Below are positions 9,011-17,024 of a stretch of 64,000 nt of DNA, one piece after another. The position numbers were made by a program, and so were the translations under genes. The stretch comes from Candidatus Dormiibacterota bacterium (GTDB lineage Bacteria > Chloroflexota > Dormibacteria > Aeolococcales > Aeolococcaceae), in the NCBI GenBank assembly GCA_036378495.1, contig DASUWI010000129.1, forward strand, positions 1,172 to 65,171. The letters are read 5' to 3'. How positions within the stretch are numbered: position 1 is the stretch's first letter; every line of letters starts with the position of its first letter. The notes below the pieces were generated by a model. That model saw nothing but the letters and a program-made list of their open reading frames with translations. It was not told where the DNA came from and did not search any database.

Positions 9011-10154
9011 TTCTTGCCGTGTCCGGTGGATACAATCTGTATCCCCAGCGTGGGGAGCGCCGCCGGCGGAGGCAGGTTCGGTGGGCTCCGGGCAGGGGGC
9101 GGACGCAGCGGTGAGTGCGGTGCTGCGCGTCAACGGCAGGTATGCGACGCAGCGGACGCTTGGGGCGACGCTCGACGCGGTGGCGGCGGTGGCGCTCGCC
9201 GCCGCCGATGGTGACCTGACGCGCGCGCAGTCGGTCAGAAAGTGGCAGTTCGACAGAGCGCAGCGGGCGGCGAACATGTCGCTGCCGGGCGCTGAGAGCA
9301 TCCGGCAACAGCTTGGGTTGACCTGGGCGCAGGTGTTGCGCATCGCACTCAACCCGGCAGAGCGACGCCGGCTCGCGTTGGTGCACGACCCGGACTGGCA
9401 GCTCGGGTTCGACGGGGGCGGGCAAGACCTGGCGGTGCAGGCGTTGCGAGCGGTCGCGTTGCGCGTGGGCGACGGCGCGCCGCTCTCCCAGGTGCTGTAC
9501 GACGAAGAGGCGCGCCGGATCGAGCAAGAGACCCGGCGCTGGCGTTCCGCAGATCCCGTGCGTATGCCGCGCAGCGTGTTCATCCTCGAGCAGTTCAGCG
9601 GTGCCTGGTGGGCGGCGCTCGAGGCGGCGGGGCTGCTCAGCACCGAGAGCGGCGAGAGTGCGGTGACGCAGGCGAAGCGCAAGCGCCTGTACGAGCAGCG
9701 CTACGACCAGCTGCCGCCGGTCGAGGCGATCCTCGAGCAAGCGCTCGAGGAGCTTGGGGCAATTCCGAACCGGGCGTATTTCGAACGCTGGTGCCGGCAC
9801 CGCGGCACAGAGCTGCCGCCGGAGCGGACCTGGCGGTTCGACGAGGTGATCGCAGCGCTGCGGCGCAGCCGAGCCGAACGCGGCCTGGCGACACCCGTTG
9901 CGGCGCGACGCAGCCGCAAGCTTCCGCCGCTGCCCGCGGGCGCGCGACCGCAGCCGCGCCGCCGCGGTGTCACGCGTGGAGATGCGATGGCGAGCCTGCG
10001 CCGCTACGCGAAGCTGTACCTGCCGGCGAATACCCTGCCGCGGCAGAAGCACTACATGCTCGCCAGCAGCGGCGACGCGCTGCTGCTCGCGTCGCACACG
10101 CTGCACAAGTTCGGACGTTTTCAAGATCTCTGCCGCGAGGCCGGCATCGCGTGA
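9003..10154 (+). CDS. Hypothetical protein (≤383 aa) transcribed divergently from lexA, downstream of the SOS box; start codon uncertain (the annotated ATG lies inside the SOS box, so alternative starts downstream are likely)
   Basis: Plus-strand ORF with protein-like composition (…EQFSGAWWAALEAAGLL…YFERWCRHRG…). The antisense 445-aa ORF is Arg-rich junk. Its stop TGA at 10152-10154 lies 2 nt before the ATG of the next gene (10157), suggesting translational coupling. Confidence 0.5.
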   Translation: MFYSCRVRWIQSVSPAWGAPPAEAGSVGSGQGADAAVSAVLRVNGRYATQRTLGATLDAVAAVALAAADGDLTRAQSVRKWQFDRAQRAANMSLPGAESIRQQLGLTWAQVLRIALNPAERRRLALVHDPDWQLGFDGGGQDLAVQALRAVALRVGDGAPLSQVLYDEEARRIEQETRRWRSADPVRMPRSVFILEQFSGAWWAALEAAGLLSTESGESAVTQAKRKRLYEQRYDQLPPVEAILEQALEELGAIPNRAYFERWCRHRGTELPPERTWRFDEVIAALRRSRAERGLATPVAARRSRKLPPLPAGARPQPRRRGVTRGDAMASLRRYAKLYLPANTLPRQKHYMLASSGDALLLASHTLHKFGRFQDLCREAGIA

Positions 10155-10156
10155 CC

Positions 10157-11797
10157 ATGAGCACCACGAACACGCCGCGCTCTTCCGGCGGGCGGCGGCG
10201 GCTGCGCCGCGCGCAGCAGAAACTGCGAGTGCCTGCCCGGCGCAGCATGCCGGAGAGGCTCCCTTTGGCAACGCGCTACAGCGACGACGCGGCGTTCGCC
10301 AACCCCTTCACGCTGATCGCGATGGTCAAGGGCATACCGGTGGTGCACCTGGACCTGCGGGCCGCATGTCAGCGCGTGTACGAGTGGGGCCCGTCCCGGA
10401 TGCCCGGCGAGTGGCACCTGGCGTATCTGTGCTTTGTCATCTCGCGCATCCCGGACATCCAGCCCTGGTACCAGCGCATGAAGAATGACCTGGAGTTCTG
10501 GGAGGCGTGCGGGTTCGACCCGGATCGCCTGCCCAGCTACCGCACGGTGCACCTGCGATTCACGGAACTGGAGGACGTGGCCGCCGTCTTCGAGCGCGCG
10601 GCGGCACACCTCATCGGGATCGCGCGCAAGCGCGACTCGAGAGTGGGCTGCTGGTGGCACATCGACGCGACGGAAGCCGAGACGCATGCCTCGCCGCAAC
10701 ACGATTGCACGGCGCGAGAGTTGTGTCCGACACGCAGGCGCAAGACGCAGCAGACGCCAACGATGCGCTCGGTGCCTATGGATGTCGCGCGCGCGATTCG
10801 CCAGGCCGAGGCCGAACAGCCGGCGGGCAGCGGCGATGCAGTGGAGTACGGAGAGTACACGCCGCAACCGGTTGCAAAACAGTTCAAAGATCCAACGCGA
10901 AAGGGCCGGCGGCTGCGGCTGGGCGACCACTGGTGGTACTCACGCGACCCCGATGCCGGGACACGGCTGTACAGCCGGGGCGACAGGGTGATCCGCGTGT
11001 GGCACGGCTACTTGCAGATCGACGTGGTGGACCATTTGACGGGCGGCTTGCTCTGCAGCCGCTTGGTCCCGGCGGACAGCTATGAGGCGCACGCGTACGC
11101 CGACGTGTACACCGCCACCGTGGGCAACACCGGTGTCGATCCGCTGCTCGTGGCCGGCGACAAGGGGTACTCGGTCAGCGACGTGTTCCGTCACAACACA
11201 GAGCACGGCGTGGGCTCTGTCTTCCCATACCGCAGGGCGGGCAAAGAGAAGGGCCGGCAGGGGACGGATCGTTACGACGCGTACGGGATCCCTCGCTGCC
11301 AGCACTGCGCCGGCGACACGCGTTTTCATTCTTTCGCGGTAGACCGCGGCATGCCCCGGCTGTGGTTCCGCTGCTTGCTGCCCAAGCAGCCGGGGTGTCA
11401 GAAGGTCCAGGTGATGCAGTGCGACGTGGCGCCGCGGTATCTGCTGCCCGTGTGGCGCAACGAACCTGCCTACGCGGCGATGCGCCATTCCCACCAGACG
11501 TACGAGCACCGGCACCGCAGCGCACGCATCCAGTACCTCACCGCCCCGGACACGCTGGCGCTGCGGCCCAAGCGTCCCGGCATCAAATGGCAGCAGCTGC
11601 GCGCGAACGCCGCGGTGCTCATCGACTGGCTGCGCATCTTGCGGCGGGTAGGCTGGGACGGGAGCGGGGTGCCGGCGCGAGTGGGTACGGTCGCGGTGAC
11701 CGGCGACGGCGGGATGCCGGAGCGCCTCGACATTATGCGCGGGCGGCGCCGGGCCAAGGCGCCTCCGGGCGCGAAAGCGTCGGCTCCGTCCCGCTAG
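10157..11797 (+). CDS. DDE-type transposase-like protein (IS4/IS5-superfamily signatures), 546 aa, Cys-rich C-terminal segment
   Basis: Starts at MSTTNTPRSS. The track ORF 9608..11797 is an upstream-extended frame. Motifs are WWHIDATE (first Asp), LLVAGDKGYSVSD (the ADKGY second-Asp signature of IS4/IS5 transposases) and YRRAGKE (Y..R...E). It also has CQHC…C…C clusters. The assignment was made by eye and is not verified. Confidence 0.45.
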   Translation: MSTTNTPRSSGGRRRLRRAQQKLRVPARRSMPERLPLATRYSDDAAFANPFTLIAMVKGIPVVHLDLRAACQRVYEWGPSRMPGEWHLAYLCFVISRIPDIQPWYQRMKNDLEFWEACGFDPDRLPSYRTVHLRFTELEDVAAVFERAAAHLIGIARKRDSRVGCWWHIDATEAETHASPQHDCTARELCPTRRRKTQQTPTMRSVPMDVARAIRQAEAEQPAGSGDAVEYGEYTPQPVAKQFKDPTRKGRRLRLGDHWWYSRDPDAGTRLYSRGDRVIRVWHGYLQIDVVDHLTGGLLCSRLVPADSYEAHAYADVYTATVGNTGVDPLLVAGDKGYSVSDVFRHNTEHGVGSVFPYRRAGKEKGRQGTDRYDAYGIPRCQHCAGDTRFHSFAVDRGMPRLWFRCLLPKQPGCQKVQVMQCDVAPRYLLPVWRNEPAYAAMRHSHQTYEHRHRSARIQYLTAPDTLALRPKRPGIKWQQLRANAAVLIDWLRILRRVGWDGSGVPARVGTVAVTGDGGMPERLDIMRGRRRAKAPPGAKASAPSR

Positions 11798-11984
11798 TCC
11801 GATCCCCTCGGGGGACGGGCGCAGCGCGCGCCAAAGCCTGCTCTGGGGCGTTTCTCGTTGTCCACCAAGGGCTCGTTTGATGTGCACAGCGCGCCGAAGA
11901 GGAGCTACGCGCGGCTTCTTCAGCGCCGAAAACGCTTACTGCACAAGGTTTTCGTCAACCTTGCAACTCGCGCTGCAACAAGCC

Positions 11985-12071
11985 TGGTGCCGGGAAAGGG
12001 ACTTGAACCCTTACGCCCTTACGAGCACAGCGCCCTGAACGCTGCGTGTCTACCAATTCCACCATCCCGGC
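11985..12071 (-). tRNA. tRNA-Leu (anticodon CAG), class II with long variable arm, CCA encoded
   Basis: Minus-strand sequence GCCGGGA-TG-GTGG…ACAC-G-CAGCG-TTCAGGG-CGCTG-(15-nt variable arm)-AAGGG-TTCAAGT-CCCTT-TCCCGGC-A-CCA. The acceptor stem is a perfect 7 bp. The anticodon loop TT-CAG-GG gives anticodon CAG. The T-loop is GTTCAAGTCC. Length is 87 nt. Confidence 0.85.
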
Positions 12072-12086
12072 TCGGGCCCATCGATA

Positions 12087-13601
12087 CTAGCAGTGGCCGG
12101 TGGCGGCCGCGGTCTGACGTCGCGTCGCAGCCGGAACGCGAACGGTGAAGCAGGCCCCGCCGCCACGGGCGCGGCGATACTCGACGGTTCCGCCGTGCGC
12201 CTGCGCGAGCTGCCTGACGATGTACAGGCCGAGGCCGGTTCCCTGCGCGGACCGGCGCACGTTGGCGAACTTGGTGAACAGCTTGGGGATGTCGGCGTCG
12301 GGCACGCCCGGACCGTTGTCGCTGAACGCGATCTCCACCATCGCGCCTGCCGATGCCGCCTTCACCTCCACGGGCGGTGAGCCGTACCGCATGGCATTGG
12401 TCATGAGATTGGTGACGATCTGCATCAGCCGGCCGCGGTCACCATCGACGGCGAGCCCGTCGGTGCACCGGATCTCGATCGATCCGCGGCTGTCGACCTC
12501 GCGCGCAGCCTCCTCGAGCAGCGGGCGCAACCGCAGCGGAGCGACGTGCAGGTCGAGGCGGCCGGCCTCGGCGCGGGTGACGACCAGCAGGTCTTCGAGC
12601 AGCCGGTGCAGGCGGTTGCCGCCCGTGGCCATGAGCTCGAGCAGGCGCTTTCGCATCGGGTCGTCGAGCCGGTCCCACTCGTCGAGAAGCGTCTCCGCGC
12701 TGCCGCGCATCAGCTGCACCGGACCGCGCAGCTCGTGCGCGGTGATCGCGACAAACTCGGCCTTCTCGTCGGCCGCCTTCTGCAGGCGCTCGTTGGCCTT
12801 GGCGAGCGTGCGCGACACGCGTTCGCGCTCCTCGCCGATGTCGTGCCGCTCCGTGTTGTCGCGCGTCACCTTGCCGAAGCCGACGAGGTCGCCGGCGTCG
12901 TTGTGCAGCGCGGTGATGACGACGCTCGCCCAGAACCGCGTGCCGTCCTTGCGCACGCGCCAGCCGTCCTCCTCGTAGCGGCCGTCGCGCGTGGCCAGCT
13001 CGAGCACGTGCTCCGGGTGCCGTCGCGCCTGCGCGTCGGCGCTGTAGAAGACGCGGAAGTGCTGCCCCGTGATCTCGCCGGCGGTGTAGCCCTTGAGCTT
13101 CTCGGCGCCGACGTTCCAGGTGGCGACGTTGCCGTCGGTGTCGAGCATGAAGATCGCGTAGTCGGCGACGCTGTCGACAAACGCGCGAAAGCGCGCCTCG
13201 CTGTCGAACGGCGCGCGCGATGGCGCGGCCTCCGGCGTGATGTCGTGCGCCTCCAGGATGAGATACGGCGTGCGCCCGCCGCTGTCGCGCACCGCCGTCA
13301 CGGTGCAATGGATCACGGCCTTCGTGTCGCCGGCCAGGCCGTGATCGACGGAGACGGCGTGCGGCTCGGTGGTCGCGCGCTGCAGCGCGGCCACCACCCG
13401 CTTGCGCGCGGCGGGGTCGACCAGGTCACCGAATGGGACGCCGCCCAAGCCGTCCGCCTCGCGGCCGAGGAGCGCAGCGAGACTCGCGTTCACGCGGACG
13501 ATGCACCCCGTCGGCTCGAGCACAGCCATGCCGGTGCCGGCGCCGTCGAACACCGCCCGGAAGATCTCGTGCTCGCCCTCCGGCAGTGGCTCGGCCGTCA
13601 T
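12087..13601 (-). CDS. Sensor histidine kinase with tandem PAS domains (HisKA plus HATPase_c)
   Basis: 504 aa. PAS-like repeats, H-box ITAHELRGPV, and G-box region (GTGLGLYIV) at the C-terminus. No cognate response regulator is adjacent. Confidence 0.8.
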   Translation of the reverse strand: MTAEPLPEGEHEIFRAVFDGAGTGMAVLEPTGCIVRVNASLAALLGREADGLGGVPFGDLVDPAARKRVVAALQRATTEPHAVSVDHGLAGDTKAVIHCTVTAVRDSGGRTPYLILEAHDITPEAAPSRAPFDSEARFRAFVDSVADYAIFMLDTDGNVATWNVGAEKLKGYTAGEITGQHFRVFYSADAQARRHPEHVLELATRDGRYEEDGWRVRKDGTRFWASVVITALHNDAGDLVGFGKVTRDNTERHDIGEERERVSRTLAKANERLQKAADEKAEFVAITAHELRGPVQLMRGSAETLLDEWDRLDDPMRKRLLELMATGGNRLHRLLEDLLVVTRAEAGRLDLHVAPLRLRPLLEEAAREVDSRGSIEIRCTDGLAVDGDRGRLMQIVTNLMTNAMRYGSPPVEVKAASAGAMVEIAFSDNGPGVPDADIPKLFTKFANVRRSAQGTGLGLYIVRQLAQAHGGTVEYRRARGGGACFTVRVPAATRRQTAAATGHC

Positions 13602-13711
13602 GGGGCGCCGCGCACGAGCGCGCTCGAAGGTGCCATCGTCAATGGGGGATTATCCCGTGCCGGCACAAAGGGGAATCGCCACGTCCCGGTTACAGGAGGG
13701 ACGCGCTTCGA

Positions 13712-15289
13712 TCAGTGACGCCAGCCGGCGATGTCGTCGAACCGCGCGGTGCTGTCGCCCGTGGCCGGGATCGGCATGGCTCCCAACGAGGCATGGACCA
13801 CGTAGGAGACCTCCGGCGTGTAGAGGAACACCGCCGTGGCGTCCAGCACGAGGTGGCGGCTGACCGAGGCCGCGGCCGAGATACGCGCCTGCGGGTCCGA
13901 GGCGGTGGCGAGGACGTCGAGCGCCTGATCGAGGAAGGGGTCCACCGGCGAGCCGGACACGTTGAAGCCCTGCGGCGGCGTGGCGTTGGATCGCCAGAAC
14001 GCGCTGACGTCGGGATCGGGGCCGCCATCCCAATCGCCCAGGGCCAGCTGGAAATCGTGCTGCTGGACGTCCGGTGACACGAAGTGGTCGGCGGGCACCG
14101 GCGTGACGCGGATGGTGACGCCGATCTTCGCCAGCTGCGTGGCCAGCTCGGCGGCGACCGTGCGCAGGGGTTCGACATCGGGCACGGTGAGCGAGTAGCT
14201 GAGCGCCACGGCGCCGCGGACGCGGGTGCCCTGTGCGTTGAGGCTCCACCCGTCCTGCTGGAGGTACGCGCTCGCCTGCGCCGCGGACGTGGTTCCGGCC
14301 GACGCCGGTCCGGCCGCCCACGGGAGGCCCTCGCTGATCGCCTGCACCTGCGGCGCCCCGCCCGAGGAGTCCAGCGCTCCCTGAATGATGGCCGCACGAT
14401 TCACCGCCAAGGCGATGGAGCCGCGAACCAGGAGGTCGTCGAGTCCCGGCACCCGCTCGTTGAAGAGCAGGTCGACGAACTGAAAGGTGCGGATGCTGTG
14501 CGCCACCGACCCCGAGCGCTTGAGCAGGGTGGCGCTCTGCTGCGGCGTCGCCGCCAGCACCGCGTCTGCGCCACCGCTGTTGTAGGCCGCCGCTGCGGCG
14601 GTGAAGCTGGTGTAGAGGTCGAAGCGGATGCGTCCCAACCCTGCGCGGGCGGTGGCATGGGGGTTGCGCTCCAGGTCGATCGCAGCGTCGGTGGCAGCCG
14701 CGACGCGGTAGGCGCCGGACGTGGCCAGCGGCTGGTTCGGCCGCGACGCGACTGCCGCCAGCTGCTTCGTGCTCAGGGTGCCGAACGGCAGGATCGGCAC
14801 CTGGGTGAGCGCGGCGCCGAAGGCGGTGTGCGGCGCCGGCAGTGTGAACACGACGTCGGACCCGGTGACCGCCAGCTTCACCCCCTGCACCAGCGACGCC
14901 AGGCGGCGGTCGGCGGTGGTCGACGTCTGCAGGAACGCGAACGTTGCGGCCACGTCGGCCGGCATGATCCGGCCGCCGGACGACCACCGCTGACCCGGTG
15001 CCAGCGTGAGGTGATACGTGAGCCCGTCGGCGCTGACCGAGTACTGCCGGGCCAGGTCGGGCCGGGGGACCGCGCCGGCGTCAAGCTGCAGGAGGCTGCG
15101 GTACAGCAGGTGGCCGACGTCGCGGACTGCGGGGTCCTGCTCACCGATCAGCGGATCCAGCGAGAGCGGCTCCTGCTCGACGACGAGCGCCTCACGAAAG
15201 TCGGGACCGCCGATGACGCCGAAGTGCAGCGAGGCGGCGACACCCAGGGAGATGACGGCGAGCACGGCCAGGGTGATCGCCGTGATCAC
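13712..15289 (-). CDS. ABC transporter substrate-binding protein, family 5 (peptide/nickel DppA/OppA-like), probable lipoprotein
   Basis: SBP_bac_5-like sequence (…LDPLIGEQDPAVRDVGHLLYRSLLQLD…GLTYHLTL.PGQRWSSG…). The start was moved to a GTG preceding a signal/TM segment (ITAITLAVLAVISLGVAA) so that it does not overlap secG. The track ORF extends to 15625. Confidence 0.7.
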   Translation of the reverse strand: MITAITLAVLAVISLGVAASLHFGVIGGPDFREALVVEQEPLSLDPLIGEQDPAVRDVGHLLYRSLLQLDAGAVPRPDLARQYSVSADGLTYHLTLAPGQRWSSGGRIMPADVAATFAFLQTSTTADRRLASLVQGVKLAVTGSDVVFTLPAPHTAFGAALTQVPILPFGTLSTKQLAAVASRPNQPLATSGAYRVAAATDAAIDLERNPHATARAGLGRIRFDLYTSFTAAAAAYNSGGADAVLAATPQQSATLLKRSGSVAHSIRTFQFVDLLFNERVPGLDDLLVRGSIALAVNRAAIIQGALDSSGGAPQVQAISEGLPWAAGPASAGTTSAAQASAYLQQDGWSLNAQGTRVRGAVALSYSLTVPDVEPLRTVAAELATQLAKIGVTIRVTPVPADHFVSPDVQQHDFQLALGDWDGGPDPDVSAFWRSNATPPQGFNVSGSPVDPFLDQALDVLATASDPQARISAAASVSRHLVLDATAVFLYTPEVSYVVHASLGAMPIPATGDSTARFDDIAGWRH

Positions 15290-15315
15290 CTCGCGGCGCC
15301 GGTTGCGGCGGAACT

Positions 15316-15549
15316 TTACTTGGTGACGTAGGTGGAGAGGACCGACAGGACGACGAACAGCCCGATCATCACCGCCGAGAACCGGAGCAGCCCCTGCTCC
15401 AGGCCCCGCCGGCGGCGGTACCCGCCGCCCGAGTCCGCCCCGCCCCCGATCGTTCCACCCAGCCCCGTCGCCTTCGGGGTCTGGAGCAGGATGCCAAGGA
15501 TCGCCAGGATTCCCACGGCGTCCTGCGCCACGGACAGTGCGGTCTTCAC
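15316..15549 (-). CDS. secG: Preprotein translocase subunit SecG
   Basis: ~77 aa from a GTG start. Two TM segments (AVGILAILGILLQ and MIGLFVVLSVL) with a Gly-rich loop (GLGGTIGGG) match the SecG family. It lies downstream of tpiA/gpmI, as in the actinobacterial gap-pgk-tpi-secG arrangement. Confidence 0.7.
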   Translation of the reverse strand: MKTALSVAQDAVGILAILGILLQTPKATGLGGTIGGGADSGGGYRRRRGLEQGLLRFSAVMIGLFVVLSVLSTYVTK

Positions 15550-15693
15550 CCAACCGCTCCTCCTCGATCGTGCACGGGCGCAAGTATAGAAGCCGCCTCC
15601 GCGCGCCACCCTCGGAGCGCGTCAAATTGCCATATCACTGTGGCACCGGCGCTCGCCACTACACAGACTTGTTTGTGGTACCGTTCATGCGAA

Positions 15694-16746
15694 ATGCCGC
15701 GACTGTCGGTGTCCCCGCGCTCCTGCCTTGCGCTGTGCCTGGCGACCCTGCTGGCGAGCGCCTGCGCGTCCTCCGCCACCACGGTGGGCGACCCGCGGCC
15801 CGCACCCCTGCTGGGCCCGGCGCCGGCCGAGCATCTGGCGGCCGACAGCGTCAGCCTGCTGCGCAGCGGCGCCCCCACGTTTGCGCAGCTGCAACTGCTG
15901 ATCGATGGCGCGCGGCTGACGCTGCACATCGAGATGTACGAGTTCAACAACGCCGCGCTGGTGGTGGCGGTGCTGGCTGCGCACGCCCGCGGTGTCGGCG
16001 TGACGGTGATCGACGATCCATCGGAGGTCACCAGCAACGCCACCGCGCAGCAGCTGCGCGGCGCCGGAATCGACGTGGTCGACTACCCGGTGCGACGGCT
16101 GATGATCGACCACGTGAAGCTGCTGGTGGTCGACGACACGGTTGCAGTCGTTGGTGGCATCAACTGGGGTTCGAGCTCGCCGGCGAACCACGACTACGAT
16201 GCGCTGATCCGCGGACCGGCGGTGGCCAATCTCGACCGCGTGTTCTTACGCGACCTGGTCACCTGCGGCCGCGCCGTCACGGTGCCGGCCGCCGTGACCG
16301 ACGCGGCGATCACCGTGGCGGCCACCCTCCCGGCGGCGGAGATCCGGCCGCTGGCCCTGCAGATGATCAACGCCGCCAGGCGCACGCTGCGGCTGGAGCT
16401 GTTCGTGCTCACCGACACCGGCGTCGTGCACGCGCTCGAGGCCGCACGGCTGCGCGGGGTGGACGTGCGGCTGCTTCTCGACCCGTCGCAGCACTCGAGT
16501 GACCCGTCGTACCAGGCGCTGCTCGCCGCCGGGGTGCCGCTTCGCTGGTATCGCAGCCACGGCGAGCTGCTGCACGCCAAGGCCATCGTGGCCGACGGCA
16601 CGTCGGTGCTCTTCGGCAGCGCCAACTGGTCGGGCGGCGGCTTCGCGCGCAACCACGAGCTCGACATCCAGCTGCCGCGGGCCCCGGGGGTCGCCGCCGC
16701 GATGCTCGCGCAGATGTCGCTCGACTGGGCCGCCAGCCCGGGCTAG
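15694..16746 (+). CDS. Phospholipase D-like / cardiolipin-synthase-family protein with two HKD motifs; lipoprotein signal peptide
   Basis: Two HxKxxxxD motifs (HVKLLVVDD…GGINW and HAKAIVADG…GSANW). The N-terminus MPRLSVSPRSCLALCLATLLASACASS is a signal peptide with a lipobox-like Cys. Confidence 0.75.
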   Translation: MPRLSVSPRSCLALCLATLLASACASSATTVGDPRPAPLLGPAPAEHLAADSVSLLRSGAPTFAQLQLLIDGARLTLHIEMYEFNNAALVVAVLAAHARGVGVTVIDDPSEVTSNATAQQLRGAGIDVVDYPVRRLMIDHVKLLVVDDTVAVVGGINWGSSSPANHDYDALIRGPAVANLDRVFLRDLVTCGRAVTVPAAVTDAAITVAATLPAAEIRPLALQMINAARRTLRLELFVLTDTGVVHALEAARLRGVDVRLLLDPSQHSSDPSYQALLAAGVPLRWYRSHGELLHAKAIVADGTSVLFGSANWSGGGFARNHELDIQLPRAPGVAAAMLAQMSLDWAASPG

Positions 16747-16945
16747 TGGAGCGCGCCGGGTCCGTGATGATGGAACGCGAGCAGGTCGCGCTGGCGGCCC
16801 GGGCGTCCCGGGGATGCCCATCGAAGTCGGCCGGCCTCCGTGCATCGGGCCTCATCGCGTGCCCGTACCCGCGATTCTACCCCTTCTAACGCCAATGGCC
16901 ATTAGCTATTGAGCTGGCATGTCCCGGCGCGTCCTGCGGTTCCCG

Positions 16946-16974
16946 TTTGACAAGCGAGCGGTTGCGATATATCG
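16946..16974 (+). promoter_or_regulatory. Putative sigma70-like promoter (-35 TTGACA) with a perfect 10-bp palindrome CGATATATCG overlapping the -10 region, upstream of the PadR gene (candidate autoregulatory operator)
   Basis: TTGACA at 16946-16951. The AT-rich palindrome CGATATATCG at 16965-16974 stands out in ~70% GC DNA, ~50-70 bp upstream of the PadR ORF. Confidence 0.3.
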
Positions 16975-17024
16975 TGATGGCACGTTTAGGCACCCGGTAG
17001 CACGCCGGAACGCCACCGAGAACC

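Noticed and set aside
8934-10271. 445-aa minus-strand ORF antisense to the 383-aa gene and overlapping the lexA start
   Set aside because: It is extremely Arg/Pro/Ala-rich (about 20% Arg), which is typical antisense shadow in a 70% GC sequence. It would also run through the lexA start and the SOS box. The plus-strand frame has protein-like composition and is translationally coupled to the next gene.
9608-11797. 729-aa plus-strand ORF
   Set aside because: The N-terminal 183 codons (Gly/Ala/Arg-rich) overlap the 383-aa gene in another frame. The real gene starts at the ATG at 10157 (MSTTNTPRSS), 2 nt after the upstream stop.
11797-11830. Small hairpin CCCCTCGGGGG right after the transposase-like gene stop as an intrinsic terminator
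   Set aside because: The stem is only 4-5 bp and there is no U-tract. Too weak to call.
9000-11900. Terminal inverted repeats bounding the transposase-like gene (a complete IS element)
   Set aside because: The palindrome GGATACAATCTGTATCC at 9028..9044 has no inverted partner (GGATACA or TGTATCC-containing sequence) near 11800..11900, so I could not delimit an IS. The mobile-element status of the two-gene unit stays hypothetical and is reported as a finding, not annotated as mobile_element.
13661-13670. Perfect 10-bp palindrome GTGCCGGCAC in the sensor kinase / substrate-binding protein intergenic region
   Set aside because: Short GC palindromes of this kind are expected by chance at appreciable frequency in 70% GC DNA. 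No supporting promoter context was seen.
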